Assembly: GCF_006345805.1 (NCBI RefSeq)
Contig: NC_043000.1
Span: 146,816,001 to 146,880,000 of the forward strand
Source of the DNA: Octopus sinensis
Taxonomy: Eukaryota
Length of the DNA: 64,000 bases
Direction of reading: 5' to 3'
The translations under genes were made by a program, and so were the position numbers. How positions within the stretch are numbered: position 1 is the stretch's first letter; each line of letters opens with the position of its first letter. The notes below the pieces were generated by a model, which was not told where the DNA came from, did no database searches, and worked only from the letters and a program-made list of their open reading frames with translations. Of the stretch, positions 51,525 through 64,000 are shown in pieces.

Positions 51525-53540
51525 ATATTTATATTTATTTATTTATGTATTTATGTGTGTATGCATGTATGTATGCATATAATGTATTACATATGTAGTT
51601 TGCAGGTACAATTTGGTTGAATGATTTACAACCACAGTACTCAAGATTTGATCCCGTTTGCATGGCTTCTTGGGTAAATGTCATTTTCTATAGCCTCGAT
51701 TCGACTACTACCTTTTAGAGTTAAATTAGGTAGATGAAAAATGCTGAGAGACTCTCGGATGAATTCCAAAGACACGGCCTCATCACACAAAGCATCACGC
51801 CAACTCTTATTTACATTTAAGAGTAGACGTGTGTAGAGAATGTTCATCCCACCTACACGTCAATTCAGCAACAATGAATCTAGATAATCGAACAACTGAA
51901 TCCCCGTTGTAGAACGACGGAGATCCAACACGATATATAATCTACATTTGATTATATATTGTTTATTGATATATGCCAGTATTGATATATTTTCGTTTAC
52001 GCATGCATATATACATACTTGCATTGAAGCATGGATTTTACAAAACTTATTTGTAGAGAGGGGTGTTCTACTATAATTTTAATGTTTCTGTTATCGTGAC
52101 CTTTCTGTTTCTTCCGTTATTGAGTGCGTATGGCTGTGGCAAAGAAAGATATGACGTCTGTGTTATTGAGTCAAAATGGAACAACAAATGAAAATATTCT
52201 GTTAAACAATAAACGTTCTATTTATTTTATAATAGGTTTAGATGATGCTGAAGGGATTCACAAACGCCATAGGGTATGATTTGCACAATCAATTCCTAGT
52301 GGATATCGATGCACTCAATGTACGCTGTTATTAACTACATTTGTGTAAGAGAGTGAGACAAAGTTTCTTTTATGATTCTATTTGATTTAGTTACCATCTG
52401 ATTAAAGCTTATTCCGTGGTGCTTTGTCTTAACAATGTTTTTCGAGTACTGTATTTTACTTCTATACATTTGTTATTTTGATAAATTTTATAAATAGAAT
52501 TATTAAATTTTTTTTTAAATACTGATTCGATAATGGAAAATTCATAGCAATTGGCATTTAAATACTTTGAAATTTTCTTCTTTGCTATTGCAACTTCTGT
52601 GAGGTTTATTAAGATTTTCTCATTTCAAACGAAGCACATCAAATTTGTATGAAGTCACGCAGCTACAGCAAGTTGTGTGTAATTCAATCGAAAGAACATA
52701 TTTTATATAATTATATATTAAATGTTCAGTATGATTTATAATAAATTTAGAAGATGCTGAGAAGATTAACAAACGCTGTTGTGTACGATTTATGCAATCG
52801 ATTCCCAATGAGATCCAATTCAATGTGCAACATTATTATTCGTGAAGAGATGTGTGAATGTCATACAGACTCGTTTAACATTGTGGACTTGTGAACAAAA
52901 TTAATCGATATATATATATATGAGAATGTGTGGATTGCAATTCTTTGAAATTTTATTGGTGCAGGCATGGCCGTATGATTAATATGCTCATTTCTAAATC
53001 ACGTGTTACCGGCCAAGAAATTACTATGCAGTACCTTCAGTATGTGTCTTCTTCTACCATAGCTTCGAATCTAACAAGACTAGTGAGTCATATTACGTCG
53101 CCTGAACCTGGTCGAAATTTTGTCGAAAAAACAGTACTTCTTCCACGATGATATGCTTAATTTTGTCCCCTGATTTAGCTACGGTTTGTGTGTCTTTAGA
53201 GGAATCCTCCCCTTTTTTTACAAGTATTCAGAACGAATCATCCCTCTGAAGACAGCTCACTATCTTGCGCCCTTCTTCCCAGTACTGCGAGCCATGCCTG
53301 AAATTGCATCTTACCTTTCCACCTGAAGTCTCAGACACTCTGTGAAATGACATAGATACAATTCTTCTCTGCCTACACCATAAAAACAATGAGAAAGTGG
53401 TAATCCGTTCCGAAAGGCTGCTCGAAATACGCTATCACAAATATTCATAAGTAATTTGAATATGTTTAGGTTTTGGATACGAGTAAAGCTATTATCTTTT
53501 AGTTAATGTCGTGTGATTTAAGAAGATGAGATTAACTACT

Positions 53541-53957
53541 CTCTTTACTCTTTTACTCTTTTACTTGTTTCAGTCATTTGACTGCGGCCATGCTGGAGCA
53601 CCGCCTTTAGTCGGGCAAATCGACCCCGGGACTTATTCTTTGTAAGCCCAGTACTTATTATATCGGTCTCTTTTGCCGAACCACTCAGTGACGGGGACGT
53701 AAACACACCAGCATCGGTTGTCAAGCAATGCTAGGGGGACAAACACAGACACACAAACACACACGCATACATATATATATATATATACATATATACGACA
53801 GGCTTCTTTCAGTTTCCGTCTACCAAATCCACTCACAAGGCTTTGGTCGGCCCGGGGCTATAGTAGAAGACACTTGCCCAAGATGCCACACAGTGGGACT
53901 GAACCCAGAACCATGTGGTTGGTTAGCAAGCTACTTACCACACAGCCACTCCTGCGC
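53541..53957 (-). mobile_element. SINE family A, full length
   Basis: Reverse complement of 1971-2398. Confidence 0.9.
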
Positions 53958-54347
53958 CTAATACTGTTTGTATTATGACGACCGATAGGTGGCAGATTGC
54001 AATTTGAAAATGATTTGACTGTCGTTTAAAGTGTGTCAGGCGAAAACGTAACATGCGTAATGTATATACTTCATGTTGAAGTGAGAATATTACAAAAATA
54101 CCTACGACTTCCAGAAACATGAACTTGTGTCCGGAGAAAAGATTTTTAGAATATATATGCTATGTGTCTTGATAATATATTTGACCGACTGTTTTCGAGT
54201 TCCTATTCGTTTTGTTTACAGTAATAATTTGTTATCGCTATAAAACCAGTTTTATACATTTTTATTGAGACTTTTTTTGCAGAAGACTCCACATGTAAAA
54301 ATGTAGCCATTAAATTTTGAAGATTCCTATGATATATATATGATGCA

Positions 54348-54394
<47 letters not shown>

Positions 54395-55688
54395 TAAATA
54401 TAATATCCGTGTGCGTTTGTGATCCTCTGTAAGCTTCCGTGTGTGTGTATGCGTGTGCATATTTCTGTATGTGAACTATGTTTTGAAGACCTTCCCTCTT
54501 TATTTCATATCTTTTCTATCTTTATGGCAATCAAAAAATATATTATTTCCCAATAATCAATGATCTTGTTTTGATAATTTTCTCACTTAAATTTATCAGT
54601 CATTTTATTTCGCTTTTTGTAATAGTGATCATTTATTTTTATTTGTATAAATTCATTTAAGTATCATATTTTTCTGTTCTCTGCTCCTAATATCGTTACT
54701 ATTTCAGATATTCTGCTTCTTTAAATTCAGAGCTTAACATTTTCCCAATTCATTTCTCCCCAGAATTGAAATATTCTGAAATCCTTTCCTGGTCATACTT
54801 TTTTCACGGATATCACCATACAAATGTTCAAATTGTAATAATGACTGCCTCAGTTTTATTAATCGTTTTTTTCCAACTATATGATAGTAACGAAAAACAA
54901 ATCGATTGATCCAAGATTTATCAAACATTCATTTAAATGAATGTTTATGTCAAACACTTTTTTACTAACAATTACTATCAGCAGATGTTGTGTTCGAGTG
55001 ATTGAATATGTTTATATATGATTGCTCCCCACATATTTAGCAATATAAGAAATGAAAAGTCGTTTATATTGCGCAGTCTTCATTTTATTCCCGGGCACGG
55101 TATGTGTTGTGATCTGTTCTATTATATTAATACGATTATTATGTTCTCGGCTTACATTAGTCGGAGTGGTGTCCTCATCTTAATTGATGGTTTCACTACG
55201 TTTCGGCTATTGCTCACTCCAGCTCTCTTAAAACGTCATGTGGTTCAACTTAGTGCCTTGCATGGGACTGAACTCAGAAAACCTAGGTGATTTTACTGTA
55301 TTAACCAACGCCTTTATCCACTACGCTATGCCTGTAGGCAGTGACAGTGTACAACACCCGAACATATTTGTCTGTATTTTCTCTTTTTCTTTTATGCCGC
55401 CCTCCAAGGACCTATTATTATAGTGATTGTTCCGATTTTCAGCTCCGAATTTTATATTTGAATCATTTCTATACTCCAATAAAAGTCACGTTGTCGTTTT
55501 TTACGGGGTACATACTATTCGGTTTTACTCGTAAGGTATTGGAATCTTGTATGTATGCCATTCCGCTTAAATAACAGATCTACATATACAATATCCCTGC
55601 ATATCTCACATCTATTTTCATTCCTCCACCTCACTCTCTATTTCGTATCTCATCTAAATTAACTATTGCTTAAGCATCATCTCACACC

Positions 55689-55736
55689 ATCTCCGATGAA
55701 GGGTTATAATAAATATCCTAGAAACAGCTGTAAGAC
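55689..55736 (+). ncRNA. Hammerhead-like motif (CCGAUGA variant), left arm
   Basis: AUCU CCGAUGA AGGGUUA..UAUCCU A GAAAC AGCU GU A AGAC; palindromic ACAGCUGU helix III. Confidence 0.45.
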
Positions 55737-55849
55737 CTATTTATAAATGATCTAAAATCTACACTACCTTGGTTTTTTTTTATCACATTACGAAAACAAA
55801 TTTCTTGATGTTTCTCAACAATATTCGGTCAATTACATTTTATATATCT

Positions 55850-56400
55850 TTTAATGGCACACCTCAAAGTATGGTCATTTTGTTATTGTCTGTATCCAGT
55901 GTATGTTCATAGCAAATTCTTTTCTATTGGTAAGTCATAATACTGTTATAGTATCCACCGTATAAAAATCCAAAATAGTTCATGCCTGTACCATTTCTTC
56001 GTTAAAAGTCGGAGTCAGTTAATTGTTTCTTCTCCAATTCCACGTAGCCTGCGATAACTTAACATTTTTTGCTACATGACATGCTTTAGTGTTTCTTACG
56101 GGAAGGTGTTGATGCTGTGCTGCAATCAAAAATCCTCCAGACAGAGCTATCAGTTATGTGCTTCTCAGCCTGTGTTATGAATGCTCTTTGTTTTCACCAT
56201 GTTCAGCTATTACAGTTTTTCGCTATGCTTGGACTTCTATGTTTAATATGTCATTGTATATAACACTTCTTAGTTAAGTCTTTAACGTCTCTCCCGATTT
56301 CTGCAGTCTTCTTTCTTTTCACAAATATCTCTCACTTCAGTGTTTATTTTGCATTCTTTGGCTTCAACAAAATATTTTACTGTCTGGCTTTCTTGGAGTT
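55850..56400 (-). mobile_element. Degraded Dong/R4 relic in the spacer of the inverted repeat
   Basis: GGFLIAAQHQHLPVRN matches GFILAAQDQSLLTRN of the 37458 ORF. Confidence 0.6.
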
Positions 56401-56711
56401 TTGAAGATATTAACGAACGTTTATAATAGTTTTCTAGCTGGGTTTCCGTTGTAAATATAATATATTAATTATTTTCTTTTTTCTGGCTATTTTGTATAAT
56501 TGCTTGCCGAGTTATTACCTCAGGCCTAAAACAAAAGACGATATGTGACTAATTATTTTCCGTTAGCTAAAATTTACGTTATAACAAATCAAGAAAACAC
56601 ACTCCTTATCAAAAAAGAATTGGTATGTACGTGATATGAAAGCGGTGAAAAGTCAAATGTCAAAAATGAAAATATAAAATAAAGCTCTATGCATATATTC
56701 TTTAAAATGCT

Positions 56712-56770
<59 letters not shown>

Positions 56771-56832
56771 ATTTGTTTTCGTAATGTGATAAAAAACCAA
56801 GGTAGTGTAGATTTTAGATCATTTATAAATAT

Positions 56833-56880
56833 GTCTTACAGCTGTTTCTAGGATATTTATTATATCCCTTCATCGGAGAC
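56833..56880 (-). ncRNA. Hammerhead-like motif (CCGAUGA variant), right arm
   Basis: GUCU CCGAUGA AGGGAUA-uaauaaa-UAUCCU A GAAAC AGCU GU A AGAC; helix I GUCU/AGAC. Confidence 0.5.
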
Positions 56881-57029
56881 GGTGTGAGACGATGCTTAAG
56901 CAATAGTTAGTTTAGATGAGATACGAAATAGAGAGTGAGGTGGAGGAATGAAAATAGATGTGAGATATGCAGGGATATTGTATATGTAGATCTATTATTT
57001 AGGCGGAATGGTATACATAGAAGATTCCA

Positions 57030-57918
57030 ACACCTATTTCTTTATTACCCACAAGGGGCTAAACACAGAGGGGACAAACAAGGACAGACATAGGTATTAA
57101 GTCGATTACATCGACCCCAGTGCGTAACTGGTACTTATTTTGACCCCGAAAGGATGAAAGGCAAAGTCGACCTCGGCGGAATTTGAACTCACAAGATTCC
57201 AATACCTTACGAGTAAAATCCAATAGTATTTAAAATTGGTAATTCTAAGTATAGAGTTTATACACAGTGTTATTGAATCAAGGGTTTTATTTTAAGTGAC
57301 CTAAAAGTAGGGAATGTATTAGTAAGTTCAAATCGAAAACAGGAAGAGAGGAATAAAAAAAAGGGAAGAAAAGAGAAAAAAGAGAAAAGAGGAGAAAATA
57401 AGAAGAAAAATAATAAAATAATAAAATAAAAAATAAAAAAGAAGAAAAAACAGGAGGAGAGGAATAAAGAAAGAAAAAAGAAAAAGGAAAACAAGGAAGA
57501 GATAGTAAGGGAAAGTGTACCTATTTCTTTATTACCCACAAGGGGCTAAACATAGAGGGGACAAACAAAGACAGACATAGGTATTAAGTCGATTACATCG
57601 ACCCCAGTGCGTAACTGGTGCTTAATTTATCGACCCCGAAAGGATAAAAGGCAAAGTCGACCTCGGCGGAATTTGAATTCACAACGTAACCGCAGACGAA
57701 ATACCTATTTCTGTATTACCCACAAGAGGCTAAACATAGAGGAGACAAACATGGACAGACATAGGTATTAAGTCGATTATATCGACCCCAGTGCTTATAT
57801 ATTTATAAGGATGAAAGGCAAAGTCGACCTCGGCGGAATTTGAACTCACAACGTAACGGCAGATGAAATACCGCAAAGCATTTCGCCCGGCGTGCTAACG
57901 CTTCTGCCATCTCGCCGC
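57030..57918 (-). mobile_element. Cluster of three SINE family B copies
   Basis: Copies at about 57030-57192, 57520-57700 and 57704-57918. Confidence 0.9.
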
Positions 57919-58048
57919 CAGTAAGGAAAATTGTACCAGTTAGTAGTCAGTAGAGATAATTTGAAAGTAGGAATGGGGAGAGCAGGGTGATAGAGAGAGA
58001 AAGTTATTAGAGTGTAAAAAGATAGAAGGAATGGAGGGTGATAGACAG

Positions 58049-58082
<34 letters not shown>

Positions 58083-58357
58083 AATAAATGACTGTCGATA
58101 GTGCAGAGATAGAGTCTAAGTGATAGGGCAGAGAGAGGGGCAGTATTATGGAATGAAGAAATTAGGAATTTGAGTTGTTGGATAGGTCAGTGGTAGCTTA
58201 GTGGTAGAAGAAAATATATATGTGAAGGTGTATACCCTGGGGTCAATTTGTTTGCTCCAGCATGGCCGCAGTCTGAAACAAATAAAAGAAACAAACAAAA
58301 GAATAAAAGAATATCCTAAAACTAAAGATACATATATGCTGAAAATAAAATAAATTA

Positions 58358-58401
<44 letters not shown>

Positions 58402-58409
58402 TAAAATTA

Positions 58410-58610
58410 ATACAAACATGAAAACACAAAGAGAAAACACAACAACGCGAGGACGTAGAACAGATATAGTATTATTGGATGCTGAGGAAAGAAGGAGGGT
58501 TTAACGTTTCGAGCAGAACTCTTCGTCAGAAACATAGGAAAAGGAAAGATCCAAAGAAGGGAAGACGGAGGAAAAAAATCGCCAACGGTACACACGCGGT
58601 CACATTTTAA
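58410..58610 (-). mobile_element. ~200-bp HHR-bearing element; HHR at 58499-58533 intact
   Basis: Reverse complement of 21800-21995 with the same GUUU CUGACGA...GAAAC GUU AAAC motif and a (TA)n tail. Confidence 0.85.
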
Positions 58611-58639
58611 GCAGCACATATCGAGCAGCGGTCAGCAAT

Positions 58640-60600
58640 ACCTGTGGAGAGTTTTAGGTCCCAAAAAGCTTGCACGATACGTCATAGACCTTCTGCACTC
58701 TATTGACATTATCCAGAGACAAGCCAGAGCGAGATGTCTGGTACCAATATGAGTCGCAGGCTTAGAGATGTGGAAGCGGTGTGATCTCTAGCACAAACCA
58801 AAGATCCTCAAAATGTTCAATGTCATTCCCTACTTAACTGGTTTTATATCAGAGTAACTTTCTCCTAAACGCATGCTTCAACAGAAGCTGAGGGTTGCCT
58901 CATGCCCAGTGGTCTTCTAGTACGCCGGACACCATCCCAGAATTCCTGCGTATCCGTGCTATTGCTAGATGCCCGTTGAACCTGCACTAAGTTCATCTGA
59001 CCTTTCAACGTTTTTTTTTTGTTTTTGATCCTGCTGGTTTTCTAGCAACCCTCTTCACCAGGGTAGCTTGGTGGGGGGTGCCGGTTTAGTCGCCGACAAC
59101 CCGACCATGCAACAGGTTGTACTGGATTCCATGTTACCAGTAGCACTTGTGAAAGACTCATAAATAGCCTGACAAATATTCTTCTAACTCGCCTGAATGA
59201 GTGTCTCATAAATGATGTCCTATATGGATCTCAATTGGGCTTTCGATCTGTTAGAAGGACATTGGATATGATTTCCAGAGAAAGACAGATGCAGGAGATG
59301 TGCAATAAGTAGAATATGGATGTTGTCCAGGTATTCATTGATTTAACCAAGGCCTTTGATACTGTGAATGGGGCCTTACTATGGAAAATACTTGGCAAAG
59401 TTGGATTCCGGATCACCTTGTATCTATAATTAAATCATTTCATGATGAGATGAAGGCTTGGGTCAGTGTTCGTGGTGGTATAGCGGGACCTATTCTTGTA
59501 CAGAGTGATGTCAAACAGGGTGACATGCTTGCCCCAACTCTCTTTTCTTTGTACTTTGATGTTGCTTTTACTCGTGCTTTTGATAAGGTTAGTTCTCTGG
59601 GAACATATGTCAGGTATCGATCTTCTGGCCGCGAGCTGGCAGAAACGTTAGCACGCCGGGCGAAATGTTTAGCGGTATTTCGTCTGCCGTTACGTTCTGA
59701 GTTCAAATTCTGCCGAGGTCGACTTTGCCTTTCATCCTTTCGGGGTCGATAAATTAAGTTCCAGTTACGCACTGGGGTCGATGTAATCGACCTAATACCT
59801 ATGTCTGTCCTTGTTTGTCCCCTCTATGTTTAGCCCCTTGTGGGTAATAAAGAAACAGGTATCGATCTTCTGGCCGCCTCATTAATCTGCGCCGATTTGC
59901 CGCCAATTAAAACGTTTTCCAGTCTCTTACTTGTGACCTCTTTTATGCAGATGACTGTGACATAGTCACTCATACAGTGGATGACACGCAAATACTCATG
60001 AATCGTAGTTCTGCTTCTTGCAAGACATTTGTACTCAGCATTAGCCAGGACAAGACTATTGTAATGTTCCAGCCTGCACTAGGAAATTCATATGTGGAAA
60101 CAGCTATCTTGGTTGAAGGAACAATACTAAATGTGGTAGACAAGTTTGTCTACCTGAGCAGCACACTCAGCCGTTCTTGCTCCCTGGATGATGAAATATC
60201 TTTCAGGCTGCAGAGAGCAACAGATTATTTCCGTTTTCTTCTGTCTCGTGTCTGGTCCCAGCATGGCATCACAAGGCAAACAAAAATTGCTGTTTACCGT
60301 GCATGTGTACTAACATCGCTCTTTTACTCATGTGAAACGTAGACCTTTTACAAACGTCATGTAAGTGTCCTTGGACGCTTTCATCTGAAATGTCAGAGAC
60401 ACGTTCTGAAATCTGGCTGGACCTTAAAAACTCCAGACACACAGGTGTTGAAGAAAACTGAAATCTTGAGTATTGAGGAGATGTTGGACAAGTACCGGTT
60501 ACGTTGGACTGGGCACCATATGTAGTGATGGGAAAAGGTTGGTTTGCAATGTTTGCAGTCGTGTATTCTTGTGAAGAGCAGTACTCATTAGCCATCAACC
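58640..60600 (+). mobile_element. RTE (BovB-like) LINE relic: 5' UTR-like region joined to RT, interrupted by a SINE B
   Basis: FIDLTKAFDTVN, VKQGDMLAPTLFSLYF, FYADDC, VDKFVYLSSTLS and TSLFYSCET; the endonuclease region is absent. Confidence 0.9.
59627..59855 (+). mobile_element. SINE family B insertion with a 22-bp target-site duplication
   Basis: caggtatcgatcttctggccgc occurs at 59611-59632 and 59856-59877. Confidence 0.9.
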
Positions 60601-60693
60601 GAGCCGCAAATGCAAAATATAAGTTAATCCTAGTGTGCACAATATTCATAAAAGTCGGCAATGGCCTTCTTTGGTCGCGAACGGAGAGCTATC

Positions 60694-60741
<48 letters not shown>

Positions 60742-60779
60742 TGGTTATATTCATGTTCGTATCTATTTCCCATTAAGTC

Positions 60780-61640
60780 TACAAGTGCCTCGTTTGTATT
60801 TTGTACTGTTAAATTTTATTCTTGGCATGTTCTTTTGTTGGTTCATATTAAGCTCTGCTACAGATTTAAATTCTTTAACTGTTTCCATCTGTATATCTTT
60901 ATATTATTCCCATTTTTTTGTCCTTATAATTTACTATACTCATATCATTATTTTCTATTTTATTTCGATTTTCTTCTTGTAGTTCAGTTTCGCTTGCCGG
61001 TCTCCTTGAAGAATTTGATTTTGTTTTTGTTTTATTTGCTTTGGTGCGATGGGGTATAGATCTATCTTACTGCTTTGCGTTATCATTGGTCTTACGTTTA
61101 ATGCTCTAATCCTATTATTATTGTTTGCTCTCGTTTGTTGAGTACAGTTTTCTTTTTTATTGTGCTAATTCTCTATATTTCTATGATTGATGTCTTTTTT
61201 GGTTTGCGGGTTTATCTTCTTAACTGAACGAGTCTAGTGATATCTAATGTTACTTTTGATCAAGGTTACTTCGTCTCCAAACTTTGAGCTAAATGATTGT
61301 GTATGTGCCGTGTAGATTGTAAACGCCGTTATATTATTGGATAGCAGTTATACAGAACATAGATTTTGCTTATTGTTGATTGCGTGTAAGTTGCTTTATA
61401 ACGTCAAATATTATAAGAGTTGTATTATTTTATAGGTTGTATGCGTGACTGAATGGTAATTATAAAGAGTAATTCTATTAGTGTTAAGTAGAGATTTAAA
61501 TGGATGTGTTGTGTTATTGAATCTAAACTGTTCCACATAGAATATAATCTGTACCTTGCCAGCTCAGGTATTGTTTGTGTTCTTATTCTTCTTTTGATTA
61601 TAGCTGTGTCCAAATTGTTAAAGGTACTGTTCCCATTCTC
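60780..61640 (-). mobile_element. Highly degraded Penelope-like relic
   Basis: Weak GVY...GETK (GIY-YIG-like) pattern and an upstream thumb-like segment; heavily disrupted. Confidence 0.4.
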
Positions 61641-61683
61641 ACAACCAACAATCAGTTAATTTTAATTTAAAGATTATTTTACT

Positions 61684-61956
61684 TTATTTGCTGACCATCC
61701 CCAGAGCGATATATTCCTTTATATTCGCGTTGTTGATAATTATATCTGGACGGTTCGCTTTGGTCTCCTCGTAAATATGTACAGGTATGTTCCAGACGGT
61801 TGTAGCCAGGTCTTTGTTATACCATTTCTTATTTATTTTCGCGCTGAAATAGCGGCATGTTGCCCATTGGATAAAGCTGCCAGCTGTATCATGTCTGTGA
61901 ATGTACTCTGAATTTACAAGCATAGCGCACCTAAAAACTATGTGAGCAGTTATCAC
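61684..61956 (-). mobile_element. Dong/R4 C-terminal relic
   Basis: HIVFRC...EYIHRHD...KKWY...WNIPV...KANRPDIII. Confidence 0.8.
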
Positions 61957-62069
61957 GTTGCTTTTCTGGGCCGCTGATAAATTTCCACTGCCTCAATTTT
62001 GCTCTGTCGGTTCCTTCGTTTATTGACGTTGATGCGTAATTCATTTCTACATTTTTTTTGTTTACCATA

Positions 62070-62330
62070 TTTTTAACCCTGCGCGCGTAAGCGTAGCAAG
62101 GTTATTGTAATCGCTCGTCATTGTCTGTCAGTCTGTTTGTGTGTTTGCAAATTTACTGAAAAACGGATAAACGGATTTTCACCAAATTCAATAGAAATAC
62201 TCATTGGATAAGTGACTTGAACACATTAAACTTTGGTTTGATTATCTCCAAAACTGGTGAGAGTGTGTGAATCAAAATATTCTTTCTGTGTTACATAAGC
62301 AGGGGAAATAACTTTTGATGTCATTTTGTT
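62070..62330 (+). mobile_element. Helentron-associated (DINE-1/HINE-like) non-autonomous element
   Basis: Starts in a T-run, followed by a terminal hairpin aaccctgcgcgc-gtaa-gcgtagcaaggtt, a tgtctgtc.gtctgt tract and aacggattttcaccaaatt. Confidence 0.55.
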
Positions 62331-63242
62331 GAAATATGAATTCGTCTGAGAATATATTTATTAGATTAAATTTTATTTTATCCTTGAATGCGTGCAGGGT
62401 ATGCATCACCACTGTTTTCACTGAATTCTGTTTAGATGTTGCTTTTATTTCTTTAAACTTTTTTTTTTATGTTTTTACCCATCTAAATATCTATCTACCG
62501 TGTAGTTCGCTTCTAGTTTGTACTTTATTGTTTATCTGTATATTAGAAACAATTTTCTTCGTCATCCCTTATTGCATTAGTCAGTTACCATTTACTTGTT
62601 TCTAAGGTTTTCTTTCTAATCAATGTGTTGTTACTTTTTTTCTGGTTCTTTATGTGTATCGATCCCCATCGCCTCTGTTTTGTTAGCTTGTATATCGTAT
62701 CATTATCATCTTTCGGGTAGGGTTTTCGAAACACCGTGGTAATCTAATATAATTTTTTTTTCAATTCAAGTGCTTTAATTACATTTACTTGCAATTTATT
62801 ATATTGAAGCAAAAGATTATAACTGGGATAGCTTGCATATTTACATCTCTAAACAGATTTTAATATCAGTATGACGCTTATGCATTGTAGTTTCCGCTCT
62901 TTTTTTTATCTCAGATTTCTGTTGTATCTAAGCAATTTCGTACACTTCTAAGTGTGTTGTATATCCTTATATGCATACAGTTGTTCGCACATGAATCATT
63001 AGTGATTTTCTTCCTCCGTCTTCCCTTCTTTTGGACTTTCCTCTATTTCTGGAGAAGAGTTTTGCTCGAACCATTAAACCATCTTTTCTTTGCTTTCCTG
63101 AGCATTTGATAATGGTACGAGACCGGGTTGTCATTGCCGAGTCTAATGTCTCAGAGGCACTCAGCGAACGGGTCAGCCAAGCGGCGTACCGTTTGACCGA
63201 TGTAGAGAGAAGGCCACGAAGAGCAGTAAATGACGTTGCTAG

Positions 63243-63284
<42 letters not shown>

Positions 63285-63324
63285 GGTGTTCTGTTCTGGT
63301 TAACTTCAGACCCTACATTTGATT

Positions 63325-63540
63325 TAATGTTGTGACCTCGTGTGTACCGTTGGCGAATTTTTTTACTCTGTCTTCCCTTCTCTGGATCTTTCCTTCTCCT
63401 ATGTTTCCGACGAAGAGCTCCGCTCGAAACGTTAAACCCTCCTTCTTTCCTTTTTTCCTGACCGTCCAATAATACTATATTGTTCCACGTCCTCGCGTTG
63501 TTGTGTTTTTTTGTGCTTTCTTGTTTGGATTAACTAACTA
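63325..63540 (+). mobile_element. ~200-bp HHR-bearing element; HHR at 63403-63437 has CCGACGA
   Basis: Same family as 21800 and 58410; (TA)n tail; a more decayed partial copy lies at about 63005-63095. Confidence 0.85.
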
Positions 63541-63567
63541 TATATATATATATATTATATATATATA

Positions 63568-63634
<67 letters not shown>

Positions 63635-64000
63635 TGTATGTATGTATGTATGTAGTATGTATGTATGTATGTATGTATATTGACATTGGAAGTAGTGCAC
63701 GCTTTTTTGAACTTTTTTCATCCACCGTACTTTTGCTAATAGAATTTGCAACTGCATTTCTCTTGCCATTTGCTCTAGGGTGCTTTCTTTCTTGTTCACC
63801 TTCTGTTTATTTACTTCTTGTTTCATATTTGATCTCTCCTTTTTTCTATATTGCTAAATAGAGATACTGCTTCCCTTTTATTTTTCCATATTTTATTTTC
63901 ATTTTCCCTTTCATCAGATCCACCTGAATGCTGTCTAGTTCTATAAACATCAGTTTCGGTTTCCCCTCAATATTTCTATACTGCCGTTGAATATATAAAA

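Larger units (their letters stand above)
55513..57229. repeat. Long inverted repeat pair (55513-55802 and 56770-57229, the right arm split by a SINE B)
   Basis: Manual reverse-complement match over ~290 bp; each arm carries an HHR-like motif. Confidence 0.9.

Noticed and set aside
59040-59140. Possible HDV-like ribozyme in the RTE 5' UTR-like region
   Set aside because: RTE elements can carry one, but I could not assign the nested double pseudoknot by eye; it needs a descriptor search.
63105-63250. GC-rich patch with a possible hairpin (ggtca...tgacc)
   Set aside because: Single occurrence, no recognisable motif, and the pairing is within chance expectation.

Overview
AT-rich, microsatellite-dense eukaryotic DNA made almost entirely of transposon relics and short interspersed repeats. 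The repeat families look like those of an octopus/coleoid cephalopod; this is pattern recognition, not a database result. I found no host protein-coding gene I can support, and most ORFs in the track are translated microsatellites. Recognisable coding relics are a Penelope-like element (RT + GIY-YIG), several Dong/R4 pieces (one with an intact C-terminal CCHC + restriction-like endonuclease frame), RTE-type LINE relics, a gag-like CCHC ORF1, Tc1/mariner relics and a duplicated Tigger/pogo fragment. The main unexplained signal is a set of minimal type I hammerhead-ribozyme (HHR) motifs in about five different non-coding repeat families. The best case is a tandem array of four ~596-bp units (24491-26923). 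Each unit carries a minus-strand HHR with an unusually long (~75 nt) helix II, and the array ends in a fold-back inversion, so it is a candidate retrozyme/circRNA-producing locus. Others are a tRNA-headed SINE carrying an HHR, a ~200-bp (TA)n-tailed HHR element, and an inverted pair of HHR-like repeats. All ribozyme calls are folded by eye and untested. Boundaries of degraded elements are approximate.
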